NCBI RefSeq assembly: GCF_008831285.2
Contig: NC_045138.2
Span: 6,758,001 to 6,822,000 of the forward strand
Direction: 5' to 3'
DNA length: 64,000 nucleotides
From: Nymphaea colorata
Taxonomy: Eukaryota
Each line of letters starts with the position of its first letter. Position 1 is the first letter of the stretch. The translations under genes were made by a program, and so were the position numbers. Shown here one piece after another: positions 14,701-27,013 of the stretch. The notes beneath the pieces were generated by a model. It was not told the origin of the DNA, searched no databases, and worked only from the letters and a program-made list of their open reading frames with translations.

Positions 14701-15923
14701 TTTTTGGTAATTGTCTAGCACAATATCGAGCAATTGAAACAGAGGACCTGGAACATGAACAGAATACAACAACAATTAGAAAATAAAAGTACCGGACAAA
14801 GGAAAAGACAGTGTATCTGGTTGTACCCAAGGGTGCTGTTCTTGGATGCACCGACTATAACTGTTGATGCGCCAAAAGTCTTTGCCTCCTGCGCTAAAGT
14901 TTTGCGAACCGAAGGACCACGAGAGATCTTAACCTTAAGATCCACCTAGGGGAATAGAACACCATATATGCCATGTTTACTTTTTCTTGAATCAAACTGA
15001 AAGATCAATTTTCGTGAAAAAAACAAAGGAAAATCCGGCAAGAACTTAACGGGAGACTGAAACGAAGACAAACCTGTTTCAAATTGCAGAAGCCTTCATA
15101 GACCGAGAGAACAGAGTCGAATGTGTTTACCAGACAAACGACAGAAGATTTGTCTCTTGTGTGAACCTCCCCTGAACAAATAACTCCAATTTTTCAATAA
15201 GATTGACACGTCTATGAGATAATTCTTCCTTTATCCAACGAAAAAGTAATGTAAAAAAAAAAGAGTCTTAGATAAACCACCACCAAAGACCACAATACAG
15301 ACTTGGAGAATACAAACAAAACTTTTCCAAACTTTTGGCAACCAAGTTTACTGATTCCATTGGGTGCCTCCATGCCCACAATAGCAGAGGACAACCAAAA
15401 CGCGAAAGAAAGAACCAGCCGCCTTAAATTGCAGCAACTGCAACTATAAAGGCCATAACAAGATCCAACCGACACCCCACCCAAAATGTTCAAACAAAAG
15501 TCCAACAAACCCGAATTCATAAACACCATGGAAGAAAACCGAAATCCGGAAAAGGAAACGAAGGTGAAAACATAGAGGTTCATAAACTCCATAGGAGAAA
15601 AACCGAAATCGAGAAGACAAAACCAAGGGTGAAAACAGGGAGTAAGAAAACAAAAACTCCATTGGAAGGTAGGAAACAGTATGAACAGAAGCCAAATGAT
15701 ATCACATATTTAGTAGCCTCAGCCTTCAGTTACAGATCATTCCAACGAACAGATCGTCACTTTCCATAAACTCAAAATAAGGACAAAAATCCTAAAACAC
15801 AGAACGTGAATGAAGCAATGAAATGGTGTTTAAAAAAAAAATGGCATCAAAAACCTTTAAAGAGAACGACTCAAATAAACCATGAACTTGCCAAAATAAC
15901 TAGGATTAATAACGAGAAAAAAG

Positions 15924-15972
<49 letters not shown>

Positions 15973-16426
15973 AGAAGCAACAAAATGGTGTTTAATAAAA
16001 AGCAAAACCACATCAAGGAATACGACTCAAAAGCAACATCAAAACCATGAATTTGCGGAATATAATTATGACTAATAACCAGAAAAAATAGTGAGAGAGA
16101 GAAGAGAGAGAAAGCGAAAAGGTGCTTAATAGAAAGCAAAAACCACGCCAGGAAACCATGAACTTTCCCTGATTAATAACCAGAGAAAACACAGAGAATG
16201 AGAAGAGAGAGAGGGTGGGAGGAGAGAGACAAGAGAGAGAGAGAAAGGCGATACCTGGGTTTTTCAGGACATGAAGAGCAATAACTCGATCTCCTGGCTG
16301 GGCAACTTTGACAAGCGCCCAAGTGAGCAATTCCTTGCTCTGAGAATCCAGATTCACCCCGACCAAAACCGTCTTCTCTGCACCACCATCTACTCCGTTC
16401 TTCTCCAAATTCCCCATTTTCGTCAT
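11783..16426 (-). CDS. USP (adenine nucleotide alpha-hydrolase-like) domain + receptor-like cytoplasmic Ser/Thr kinase, RLCK-VI, STUNTED/At1g77280-like; 11 coding exons, ~795 aa
   Basis: Exons chained by hand with GT-AG boundaries and consistent phases: 16426-16255, 15171-15074, 14945-14827, 14747-14629, 14532-13705, 13609-13361, 13284-13124, 13035-12959, 12856-12709, 12591-12442, 12049-11783 (2388 nt incl. TGA). USP-like N-terminus [35 protein letters not shown]...[23 protein letters not shown]. Intact kinase motifs [66 protein letters not shown]. No signal peptide or TM segment seen. Confidence 0.95.
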
Positions 16427-16819
16427 CCTTCCACCCCGTCACCCGCAGAATTCCTTCCTCTAAGCACTCACAGAAAAAACCAAACCCACGCCCCTTCCCT
16501 TACCAGCTACCAACATATTGTTCGTCGCGATCATACCAAGAGAGAGAAGTAGAAACTCCAGAGTATTGCTACTTAAACAGAACTGATGCAGATAGCAAGC
16601 GAGTTGGTGCTTTTTCTCCCCAGACGACCAATGTGGATTAAACAAGTTACCAAGTTCACCAGAGAGGGAGAGACAGAGAGAGGAGTTGCAGAACCGCAAG
16701 AAACAGACTCTGCAACATGAAGAACAACACAGAGAGAGTGAGATGGCACTTTGCCGGTCTCTTTTTTCACGCAGAAACCGATCAAAAGAAACGGTGCACC
16801 ACCATCCTCAAATTGTGCG

Positions 16820-16915
16820 TGGAGAGAGAGAGAGAGAGAGGTTATGGTACCTGTTCCCTCGGCCATCCCTGGCAATATATTCCCACGAATGACGTCCGCG
16901 CCTCTCTCTCCCCAT
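16820..16915 (-). promoter_or_regulatory. Putative core promoter / TSS region of the USP-kinase gene
   Basis: TATA-like AATATATT at 16874-16881, followed ~35 nt downstream (minus strand) by a CT-repeat at 16823-16840, typical of plant 5' UTR starts. TGACGT at 16890-16895. TSS not directly observable. Confidence 0.35.
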
Positions 16916-18240
16916 CTGCAATTTTTATTTTGTTTTCTTTCGTCTAAAATTTTATTTTACATAAAACCAAAATAATAATTATGATTTTTCTTTTTTTATT
17001 GTCTTTGACAAATAAAATAAAGAAAGAAACAGACGACCCATTTCTGAATTTGTCTTTTATCAAATTACAATACTTCTTTTTCTGTTTTTATTTATTTATC
17101 GATCTAAAGAGTACAATGCTGTCGAGGGCGCCAAATACGTAAAACTACACTTCGCCATGTGATCTTTGAGTCAAACACCGGTGTTCATCAGGCACATTTA
17201 TGAATCCTAATCCTTAATTAATTAACTCAGATCATAAACAAATCAACTTTCTTTGAAGTTAATAATGATATGCATAACTAATGCTGCTGACTCAACTGAT
17301 TTTTTACTAATCGATATTAAAAATATCAAAAAATATACATATTAAAAAATTAAAAAAAAAAACATAAAATTTATCAAAAATACAGGACCTAATTGGTTGC
17401 TATCCATTCAATTCGAACCAACCAATAAGTTAATTTTTTAAACAAAAATAACTCTTTATTACTGATTTTTTAAACTGTCGATTCGAGACAGGACTGACTG
17501 ATAAATCAAATCAGTCAAAACAAGTACAAGGCAGAGATGCCTCCTCGCACGCTTCTTACGAAATTTTCCTGTATTTTGGCGCAATTATTAAAACAATAAA
17601 TAATCACTTTAATGGAACTATTCATTTTACGTACAATCAAATTTGAATTATACAATTTAAGTTTATTTTTTGGCTCTAGGGTTATAAATTGCATTAGCCG
17701 CTTTCGACGGAACTACATTAGTAACATTTATAAGAATCAAACATATACAACCCTTACTTTGACCAGCCAATTTATTGCTTTTGAAGCTTTTATAATGCAT
17801 TTAGCATGATAAAAACCAACAAAATTGAAACTCTTTTTTAGGTTTAACCCTTAAAAAAAAAAAAAAGTTAACTTACCAAATTTGATTTTATCTCTGACCT
17901 CCAGCTTCGAGATAACTAGAGATGTTATTTTTTTAATAAAATTTTTGAAAACATAGTCCGAATAACCTAAGAGGCGGTCGATTTGCGCTCGCATACAAAA
18001 ATAGCTTTCCACAAAACCAGGCTTTTCTAAAAGTGGATCCAAACGAGACTTAAAATTCATCATATTTCAATTGTCTAAAAGTGGATCTATGCTAACAACA
18101 AGGGGTTTGTTCGTTTCATCATTTCTGTGCTAACTAACAACGCCAAACATGAGTTCCTCTTGTTCACTGGACAAGTAAATTTTGATAAAAGCAACCTTAT
18201 AGATCACATTTACATTATTACGCTTACAAAAATAAGCTAA

Positions 18241-18244
<4 letters not shown>

Positions 18245-18285
<41 letters not shown>

Positions 18286-18305
18286 GGAGAGAGAGAGAGA
18301 GAGAG
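18245..18305. repeat. (TA)n(GA)n compound microsatellite
   Basis: Direct reading. Confidence 0.95.
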
Positions 18306-21300
18306 CATAATAAACTCATTAAGAGGCATAGTATGGATTAGATAGGGCGCATGTGAAAGGGTAGGTCCCTTGTTCATTCCTACCCTTGACATACCTTGGC
18401 GGGACGTCGATACAACAAAAGGTAGAGTCAGAAATTTTATATGAGTAAGGCCAAATTAAAGTTTTTAAATTTTGAAAATCTCATTTTTCAAAATTTATAT
18501 ATAAAACAAGTGAATTTTTTAAAATTTATATGTATTTTTTTTAAATAAATTTTATAAAATAGAGTCGGGGTTCATGTGGGCCCTACCTTGGCTCGGTCCG
18601 TGGCAAGACTCTGAGTAGGAGAAACGGATGCACCTTGGCCTTTTTATTTTCTCGGACCATGGGTTGTGAACCTCGTGCTCACAGAAAAACACTAAATAAA
18701 CTCATTAAAAAAAACTGGGTTGTTGTTAAAATTATAAATTATTATATTTGCCTTCGCTGACACTGCATGAATATAGACAAAAGGTTTTATTAAAAAGAAA
18801 ACTCTTTTTTTTTTACTGGTTGTTGATTTAAAAAAATGACAATTTTGTCCTTTCTGGAGTAACCCACATGCCCTAATTTCTCCTAGTTGTTAACTGAGAT
18901 ATACTAATTTGTGCCAGCAAGCAAAGGGTGGACCAATTTCCGGATTTCCAGGAAAGAGATACACATGATCCAAATCTATGGATCCTTAGATCCTGATCCA
19001 AACAGGAAAACCCATTTTCATTCTCTCCTTTTTGAAGTAAATCTGAGATGGAAACGGATATTTCTATCCATACCCGGAAAGTGAAACTCAATAACATCCC
19101 TGTCGGGTATGGAAGTGTGCATCTGGAAGAAGAAGGTCCACGATCCATATCAGATCCACAATTCTGGATCCAGACCCGATGAGGCTTGACATGTACGGAT
19201 ATTAGTTGGATTGATAAAAAAAGATGCTCTCTTCTCCTGAATACGATGCATTATTAACGCAAGGCACATTAAACAAGGCCTTTCTCCCGTGCAAATTAAG
19301 CTACTAGTTAATATTGTAGGTGCCGACACCAGATCCAGATCCAAAATCCAAAATAAACTTGCCTGTATCAATACAAAACGATAATCACTTCTTATTTTAA
19401 CTGTTCAATGAGATAACCAAAATTAAAAGAAAATCACAAGAAAAACAACAGAATAATCTCGAATAAATTTAAAAAATAATATTTGGATCCGCCAGTCTTG
19501 GTTCGCCGCGTGGTAGACTATATGTGCGTGGACCAATGAGCACCAACACTGATAAACCTGCAGTAAAGATCCATTTTTTAGCACTAGAGGTTCATGTTTA
19601 CCATGTCTTGTTCTGTTTAAAGAAATGTTTGGTATTGAACTCTTGACCTCCTTCAACTTGCGGTTGCCGCGTACTGCAAATCATAACAATACATTGTATT
19701 TTTGTCCTCGTTTCTTTTAAAAATTGCATGAAAACGCGCCAAAGATCACCTCGGATCTAAGATCCAACATATAGAATTGCGGCCCCGGCGAAGATCGTAA
19801 GATCCCCCGCGTGGCGGCAGCATTGGCAGAAGCAAAACACAGATTAAGCAAGGCCTGGATCATTAATTGTTTTATGTCTAGTTGCATTAATCAAGTGAGT
19901 TGGATGTGGATTATTATATTAGGGCAAGCATCAGTACTGTGAAAAGCTTATAAACTAATAAATGGCACCATAATTTGAATGACCAGTGATTCATAATGTT
20001 CTTTTGTTCTTATTCTTCAGTCTCATGTTCGTTGCTCATAGATGGAAATCTTGCAAACGGTCCTGACCATTTGTATCTGGGTGCGCCTCTGATCGGACCC
20101 TGATCTTGGTTTGTTCGTCTGGCCAAACTAGGTTAGGTCTAGTTGAGTATGGCGGTTTGAAATGCAACACATAGTTTATGGTATTTTTATAGACAATTTA
20201 TAGTGCTTTCAGCGACATATTTTTAAACTCTAACCATCCAATAAGCTGATATATATATATATATATATATATAGTCTTTCACTGCATTTTTTGCCTTTTA
20301 AATTTACATTTTCTATATCTTTTTCCTTACATATATAATGGGAGGTAGTTTTTTCACCACATTTTGCCTTTCAATTTCATATTTACTTTTTATTTTTATT
20401 TTTATTTTTATTTTCCTTACAACAGTCTTGCTCGTTCTAAATTGGTGGATGACGAGAGAACTTGAAAAACTAGTCTCAATGTCAGATTCAACTAACATAT
20501 ATATAACGTCAAAATCAACTGTCAACTATGCGCATGTGCAAGCGTTAGTCGATAATTATGCAATGGACAGACATCGTGCCTCGTGGTATGCCTGCTGGTG
20601 GGTCATACATGAAAACCCTGGTCTCATTTGGATTTTATTTAATTTCCTTTATATAATATATCTAAAATTTTAAAAATAATAAATGGGTGTTTGAAAGAAA
20701 ATAAAAAAATTATTCACTAATATTAAAATATAAAATTATTTATAATTTTTTTGTTTATTAATTTTCTTTTAATCATCTATTATAATAGATGAGACCCCCA
20801 TCACACATGATATGGTGAGCTTGGATAGCGACAATCATGTCATTCTAAGTCTTCAAATCGTATACTTTGGATGGCTTGAATTCAATAGAGAGAAATAATG
20901 CCTTCCTATTCCAAAGTTTTGTCTCAATTCAACGTGGCTTTTACCGACCGCTGCATGTGGAGGGCAAATGGCAGGAAAGAAGTTGTGAATGGTGTTAAGG
21001 CAAACATCTGTGATTTAATTTATTTTTTTAATATAATATAATATATATATATATATATATAGTATAACCTTAATTATCTTGGGTTGCCATTCAACTCATA
21101 AGGGTCATGATGAACGGTAAAAAAAAAAGAAAGAAAAAGAATATAAACTTATTTAAATAAAAATATCAATCACTATTTTTCTTTCAATAATCTATATTGT
21201 AATAGATTAGAAATCCGGTGAACTTGGTTGGCCATAGTCATCATCCAAGTCGCACTCCACATTAAGGCTGGGCATCAGGCCAGGCCGCCAGTGGGGTAGT

Positions 21301-21883
21301 TAATACTCGGCTTAGGTGGGTCAGATAAAATTTTTAAACATTTATTTTTTAATTTATATATATATATATATAATATTTTATTATAATTAATTATATTTAT
21401 ATATTATTTTATATTAAAAAGTTATTTTTAAATTTATTCGGATTGAGCTAGATTTTGAGTTTTAATAGTCAGGAACGGCCTTGTTTTTGGATGTCGAGTC
21501 AGTAAAAAAAAAAAAAAATCATGCCTGAAATCGGTTGAGAGAAATAATGCGTTCGTATTCCGAGTTCCGATCCCAATTCAACATGCTTTTGGCGACCACC
21601 ACATGTAGAGGGCCGCAAATGGGGAGAAGGAGGTTGTGTGAATGGTGTTAAGGGGAAGAAGATCGGGGATGAAGTCACTTTCTCATGACCTTGCCGTCAT
21701 AACGTGGGGGTGGGCACTCGCCTGAGTTCGCCGCACAGGGAGCATGCCCATTAAATGCTCTTATCCTCCCAAGATCTAACCTCAACTAAAAATTAAAAAA
21801 AAAAATCAATTAATGAGGTTTATTTGATGATGAAGGTGGCACACATGAACAATTAACTATGCTAAATAAAGTCCATTAAATTG

Positions 21884-21925
<42 letters not shown>

Positions 21926-24814
21926 TTTATACACTTTTGTGGATTTTTTTATCAAAGTTTATACCAAGAAATTCTCGGGGACGGTTATGATTGAATGTTG
22001 GAAAGATTATTTGAACATGTTTCTTACTAAAAAATGGCAAACATTTTGATTGTTGATGTGCTTATCGTTATTTGTTTATTATCAATTATGCCTTAACCAA
22101 ATTGGGTTCAACGGAGAACAACAAATCTAAATGTTGTCGATTTTTAGTGTTTTATGATCGCTTAATTTAATTTGTTAATTTATTATTAGTTTTATTGGCC
22201 ATCGACAGATATTTGATAAGTAGCCCAGAGAGAAAGCATCGGGCTGGCTCGATAATTTATCGGGTCCACTTGGTTGGGTCCCATAAACTTGAGTGGGTTC
22301 AACAATTTGTTTTTAATATTTATTATATTTATATTTATATATAAATATAACATTTTATTACGATTAATTATATTTATATAATATTTTATATTAAAAATAT
22401 TTTTTAATTTAATCCAAACGAACCCAAGCCTGATTTTAATGATTAAAGCAACATGAAACCTGAGCTTCGGATGTCGAGCCGGGCTCGTTATGGGCTGAGC
22501 CAATAGGGCCGGCTGCTTAAAATAAACATCTTTTTATATGATGGGGCGCCTGTATCTGGAAATAAGAAAAGTTGAAGGTTCGACTTTCCGAATTATTATA
22601 AGACGAGTTAGCGAAATTCGAAAATTTCCCGCTCTCTTATTCCCTTCACGGTGACGGGGCGGCAAAAGAACCCGTGAACCACGGCGCGCCACGTGTCCCG
22701 CGCGCCCCGTCGGCGAGAGCGGCAAAAGGAAAAGCGAACGGGAAAAAGAGAGCGGGAGAAGTACGGTGGGGCCCGCTTCCTTTTCAAAAAAAAACCCGGA
22801 CAGAGTTTCCCTTTTTATTTTATTTCTTACTTTTTCATGAATATTAAATTCTTATTTTGATTAATTTTTTTATTTTGGTCAAAGACTGGAACATGATGTT
22901 TAAATATAAATATTCTTTCCGGTTGTTTTTTTCGAACGGATTTTTGGTGCTTGGAGCAACTTGAGGGGATCCGTAATTAAGGCCGCTGAACAAGGGAACC
23001 AAGATACGCATTCAAAGCATTTTTTATATTTTGAGATATAAATCGATCGGAAATATAAGATAATGCTCAACATGTTGCGACATGTTCCTAGCAACGTTAA
23101 CGTGGAGGCAACTCTTGCTGTTGAACATGTAAGAAAGAGGGACATTCTATGGGCGTTATTTCATGTGTTTGATTTTCTGTTCATATGATTGATTTTTATT
23201 CTATAAAGTTTATGTGATATGGGTCGGCGAAATATGTGCAGTAATTATAAGAAAGTTGTCTGTCTGACTTTTTTTTTTTTTTTTTTTTTGTATAATTCAC
23301 ATGATGTCACATGAAAACTTTTTCCCTTTTAAGATGATATCTGCTATATAACGATATGAGGTGTATAATGTAACTAGTTGGCTTAAGAAGACGATGAGAG
23401 CTCGATCATTAATTTGATTCTTGTAAACACTACTCATCCAAGTTGCAAATAATATCAATTGAACCTCATCCACCTATGTCGTGAAACAACTTTGTATTCA
23501 CGAGGCTGGAAGTTGGAACACTACGTGAGTGTATCATTAATCTATCTAAAATATTATAACAGATTCATAAAACACTAGAACTAGGTGTCCATGAAGTTGC
23601 CCCAAATTGTAGAATAAGCTCATGGAACACTTTGTCCATTTGCAAAACAACTCATTTGGAACCCGTAACAATATATTACTGTTTCATTTATTTATCTCAA
23701 AAAGTGGGCAAATTCATTGAACAATTTTTAAAATATTTAATAAGTTTAATGGATCTTAAATTCATGGATTTAAGGTCCGACGGAAAGATTCCTGTCCTTG
23801 TTCAAACTACAGACTTGAGATCCTGGCAATCTAAGATCGCTAGGAATAAACAAACACACCATTATTGAGTCCAACTAACCGCGCTGCACACCTTGGTTTT
23901 GAGAACTTTTTTTTTCCACAATTGTCTTGACTTTAGTCTACCCTTCAAGCCCAATCTACCAACCAAACCTTCTTAAATTTGGTGGAATCTCTCCCCCTGT
24001 GTTAATGAGAAAAAGAGAAAGAGAGAGAGTACAGCTCCTACAACATTTGTTTTTAATGATATATTTATCAATTTTTAGCCATCCAGTAATATCTAGTATC
24101 CATACATTTGGACTATATATATATATCCACATATATATATATATATCATCAAAAATTATTTGTAGTAGTTGAAAAGTAACGGTGAAACTCCTGAATGAGC
24201 CAGTAGATTGAATTTGTTTGACATCAGTTTGATTTTAATGAAAGAAATGAATAAATAAAAAGCATTGTTTGACTTAAAAGATTCGGAAATATCTTTTCAT
24301 AATCTTCACCACGTCATTATTTAGCTTGTGCAGTGTGCCTTCTAATTGGGCAGCTACTGGATTTTTCATTTTCAAAAGTTGTTACATAATGTTGACATTA
24401 ATATTAATTCAAGTACAAATCAACCTAACCCTAACTTACTCTTCAAAGGAAAAATATTAAGCTGAGGGCCTCTTAAAAAAATTTCATCAAAAGTAAAACT
24501 GATAAAAAAAAGGTAAAAAAATTCCAAGAGACTACACTTAACCAAGAAAGGTTGTTGCTTAGGAGGCATTGTATTTGACATTGGTACTCCCATTATAAGC
24601 CTTTATTCTAAAGGTTTATAGAGAGAGTTGATGCCCACAAGAATCGAACAAGAAACTTATCTTATGCGAGCAGCAGTTGGTCTGGTATAATTAGTCAATC
24701 CAAATTCCTTGAGACAAAGTCAAAATTATGTCGCGTGAAAGAGCTAAGTGCAAAATTGAAAAACAAGTTTACATTTTTAAATAGATTATGTGATGCAAAA
24801 AACATATTTGTTCT

Positions 24815-25001
24815 CGAGGGGGTTGGCACAATAGTCAGGGTAGGCTGGCGCTTTGTAGGCAGTCAGTTCTTGATTTGAATCTTCAAGGCGTTAAACCACT
24901 TGTGTTGCAAAAGGAGAGACGCCGCCACCAATGTACAAGTTAAAGCACAATGGGGGCGACATCATGAGGTACCAAACCAAACCCTTTACCTAGAAAAAAA
25001 A
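24815..25001 (+). mobile_element. Possible degenerate tRNA-derived SINE
   Basis: Box A-like tggcacaatagt, box B-like gatttgaatc ~50 nt downstream, ~185 bp long, ends in an A-run. No TSD identified. Confidence 0.35.
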
Positions 25002-26626
25002 TGCGGTTGATTGATGAAGCTTCGGCCTTTTTTCAGGTAGTAGGATGAAATGTTCGTCTTGTTCACCTAAAAACCTAATCAAACGTGTTTTGAGCCGATT
25101 TTAAGAGGAATAAAAATGTTTTTTTAATTTAAAAAAATAATTTAGTTTGAACATGCTAAAGGTTTTGTGCCTCCTCGCTACCATTTGGCTTTGTCATTAT
25201 TTCTTCAAATAAAATGAAAAAAAAAATGCACTAACTCCTTTTATCTTTACAGATCAAAAGTATACTCCAGATAAAAATTCCCACAAAATTTATGAACTCC
25301 CTTGCATCATGATGCACGTTCCTCTTGCACCTTTCTTCTCTTGAAGCGGTACATTCATGTTTATCACCAGCCCCATTTTGTCCTCTTCTTTTCTATTCTC
25401 ACCACATAATTAAAGTGAAACCACCAACTTTCTTGGAAGAGGTAGTTACTTAGCACTCGTCATGTCCCACTCCAAGTTATCATTTAAACAAGTTCCAGAA
25501 ATTTTTGCGAGTTAGATTGGGATCCAAAACTAGTCATAAATGTTATGACATGCTTCATAAAGTATTCCATTAAATATATTAAGATTCAAAATTTAGATAT
25601 GATTTTATGGGAATCCAGCTCTACCATGTGTCATGCAGGATGTTGTAGGATGATTAAAAATTTAAAAACAGTTACAATAGGAGCATTAGTGATGGTTTAT
25701 GGTGCAATGATAGTTTATAGTGTTTTTAATGATGGTTTATAATGCTTTTAACTATATAATTTTAATTTTTAACTATCCGACAACATCTAGCAAATGATCA
25801 ATTTGATTCGTTCCTTACATTGGTTACAGTGTTTCATGATCAAATTCATGGAACATGCACACTATACCCAACCGGTGCATCAAACTCCATCATGCATGCG
25901 ACTGCACAATGAGTCGAGTCAACTCGAGCTCCCTTCAAACGGATTCGTAAAAGCTTGGTTTGAGCTCGATTTCTATAATATATGCCTAAAATGTTAAATT
26001 AGTCAACTTAAAAGCCTATTATGCCTAAGGATGTATAATAAGTGGTTTCAACTCAAGTTCGACTGAAACTCACTCACAAAAACTGGATTTGGACTAGACT
26101 TGTAGAAGTGCATAATATACACTCAAAATATTAAATGAGTCGAGTTCGAGTTGAAACCCATCCACTTTAATTTGCGCTGCGGGCCATGGCCACATGGCGG
26201 TGGGGCCCAGAGATGTGACTTTTGCACCAGCCGCCGTGGGTCCCCCATGGCCTACAAAGGAGAAGTGGGCCCATCAGAGAGTTATTGTTAGCTCTTGTGC
26301 ATCTATTGCACGTGCCTGAGTCAAACCGGTCACGTGCATAGACATGGGAACCGATATCCCCTCCATGCCATGTTGCAGCTCCATCCCCACATGGGTTGTT
26401 TTATTTTTTATTTTTTATTTTTTAATTTTTTTTGGGGGCTTAAATTAAACTAGAATCGATCCAAAACCAATTGGATCCAATTGCTAGGTATCCAACTTAA
26501 CACACTGAATCTGGATAAAGAGATGAATCCAATCTATGTTGGTCTTGTTATAAATTTCATAACTAAACCTATTGGAGCTTATAACCTCAACTTCTAGATA
26601 TCAACCATTAAGAGTGGGCATCCAGT

Positions 26627-26810
26627 GAGGGGCAAAGCTAGTTAGGCGAGTTAAATTAAAGTTTTTAAATTTTGATTAAGGCTGAAATATAATTTTTTAA
26701 AATTTTTATATAGAACAAATGAAATTTTTTAAAATTTATATATAAATTTTTTTAAAATTTTTTTGAATTGGGCCAAGACCCAAACGAATCCTACCTTGGC
26801 TCCGCCCCTG
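26627..26810. mobile_element. hAT-type MITE (CAGGGGCGGAGCC family)
   Basis: Starts gaggggcaaagc, ends ggctccgcccctg; TSD catccagt / catctagt (7/8). Confidence 0.8.
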
Positions 26811-26928
26811 CATCTAGTGGGTAGCCAATGAGCTTCCGGGTACCTGACCTGGGTCGGGCCAAGCCGCACTCAAGCTGTAAAAAAACGGCCTCAGTCAGCA
26901 CAACAATTTTTCTGGCTTAACTTGTGCC

Positions 26929-26931
<3 letters not shown>

Positions 26932-27007
<76 letters not shown>
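26932..27007. repeat. (TA)n microsatellite
   Basis: Direct reading. Confidence 0.95.

Positions 27008-27013
<6 letters not shown>

Noticed and set aside
13685..14851. 388-aa ORF as a separate gene
   Set aside because: It is exons 4-5 of the USP-kinase read through introns.
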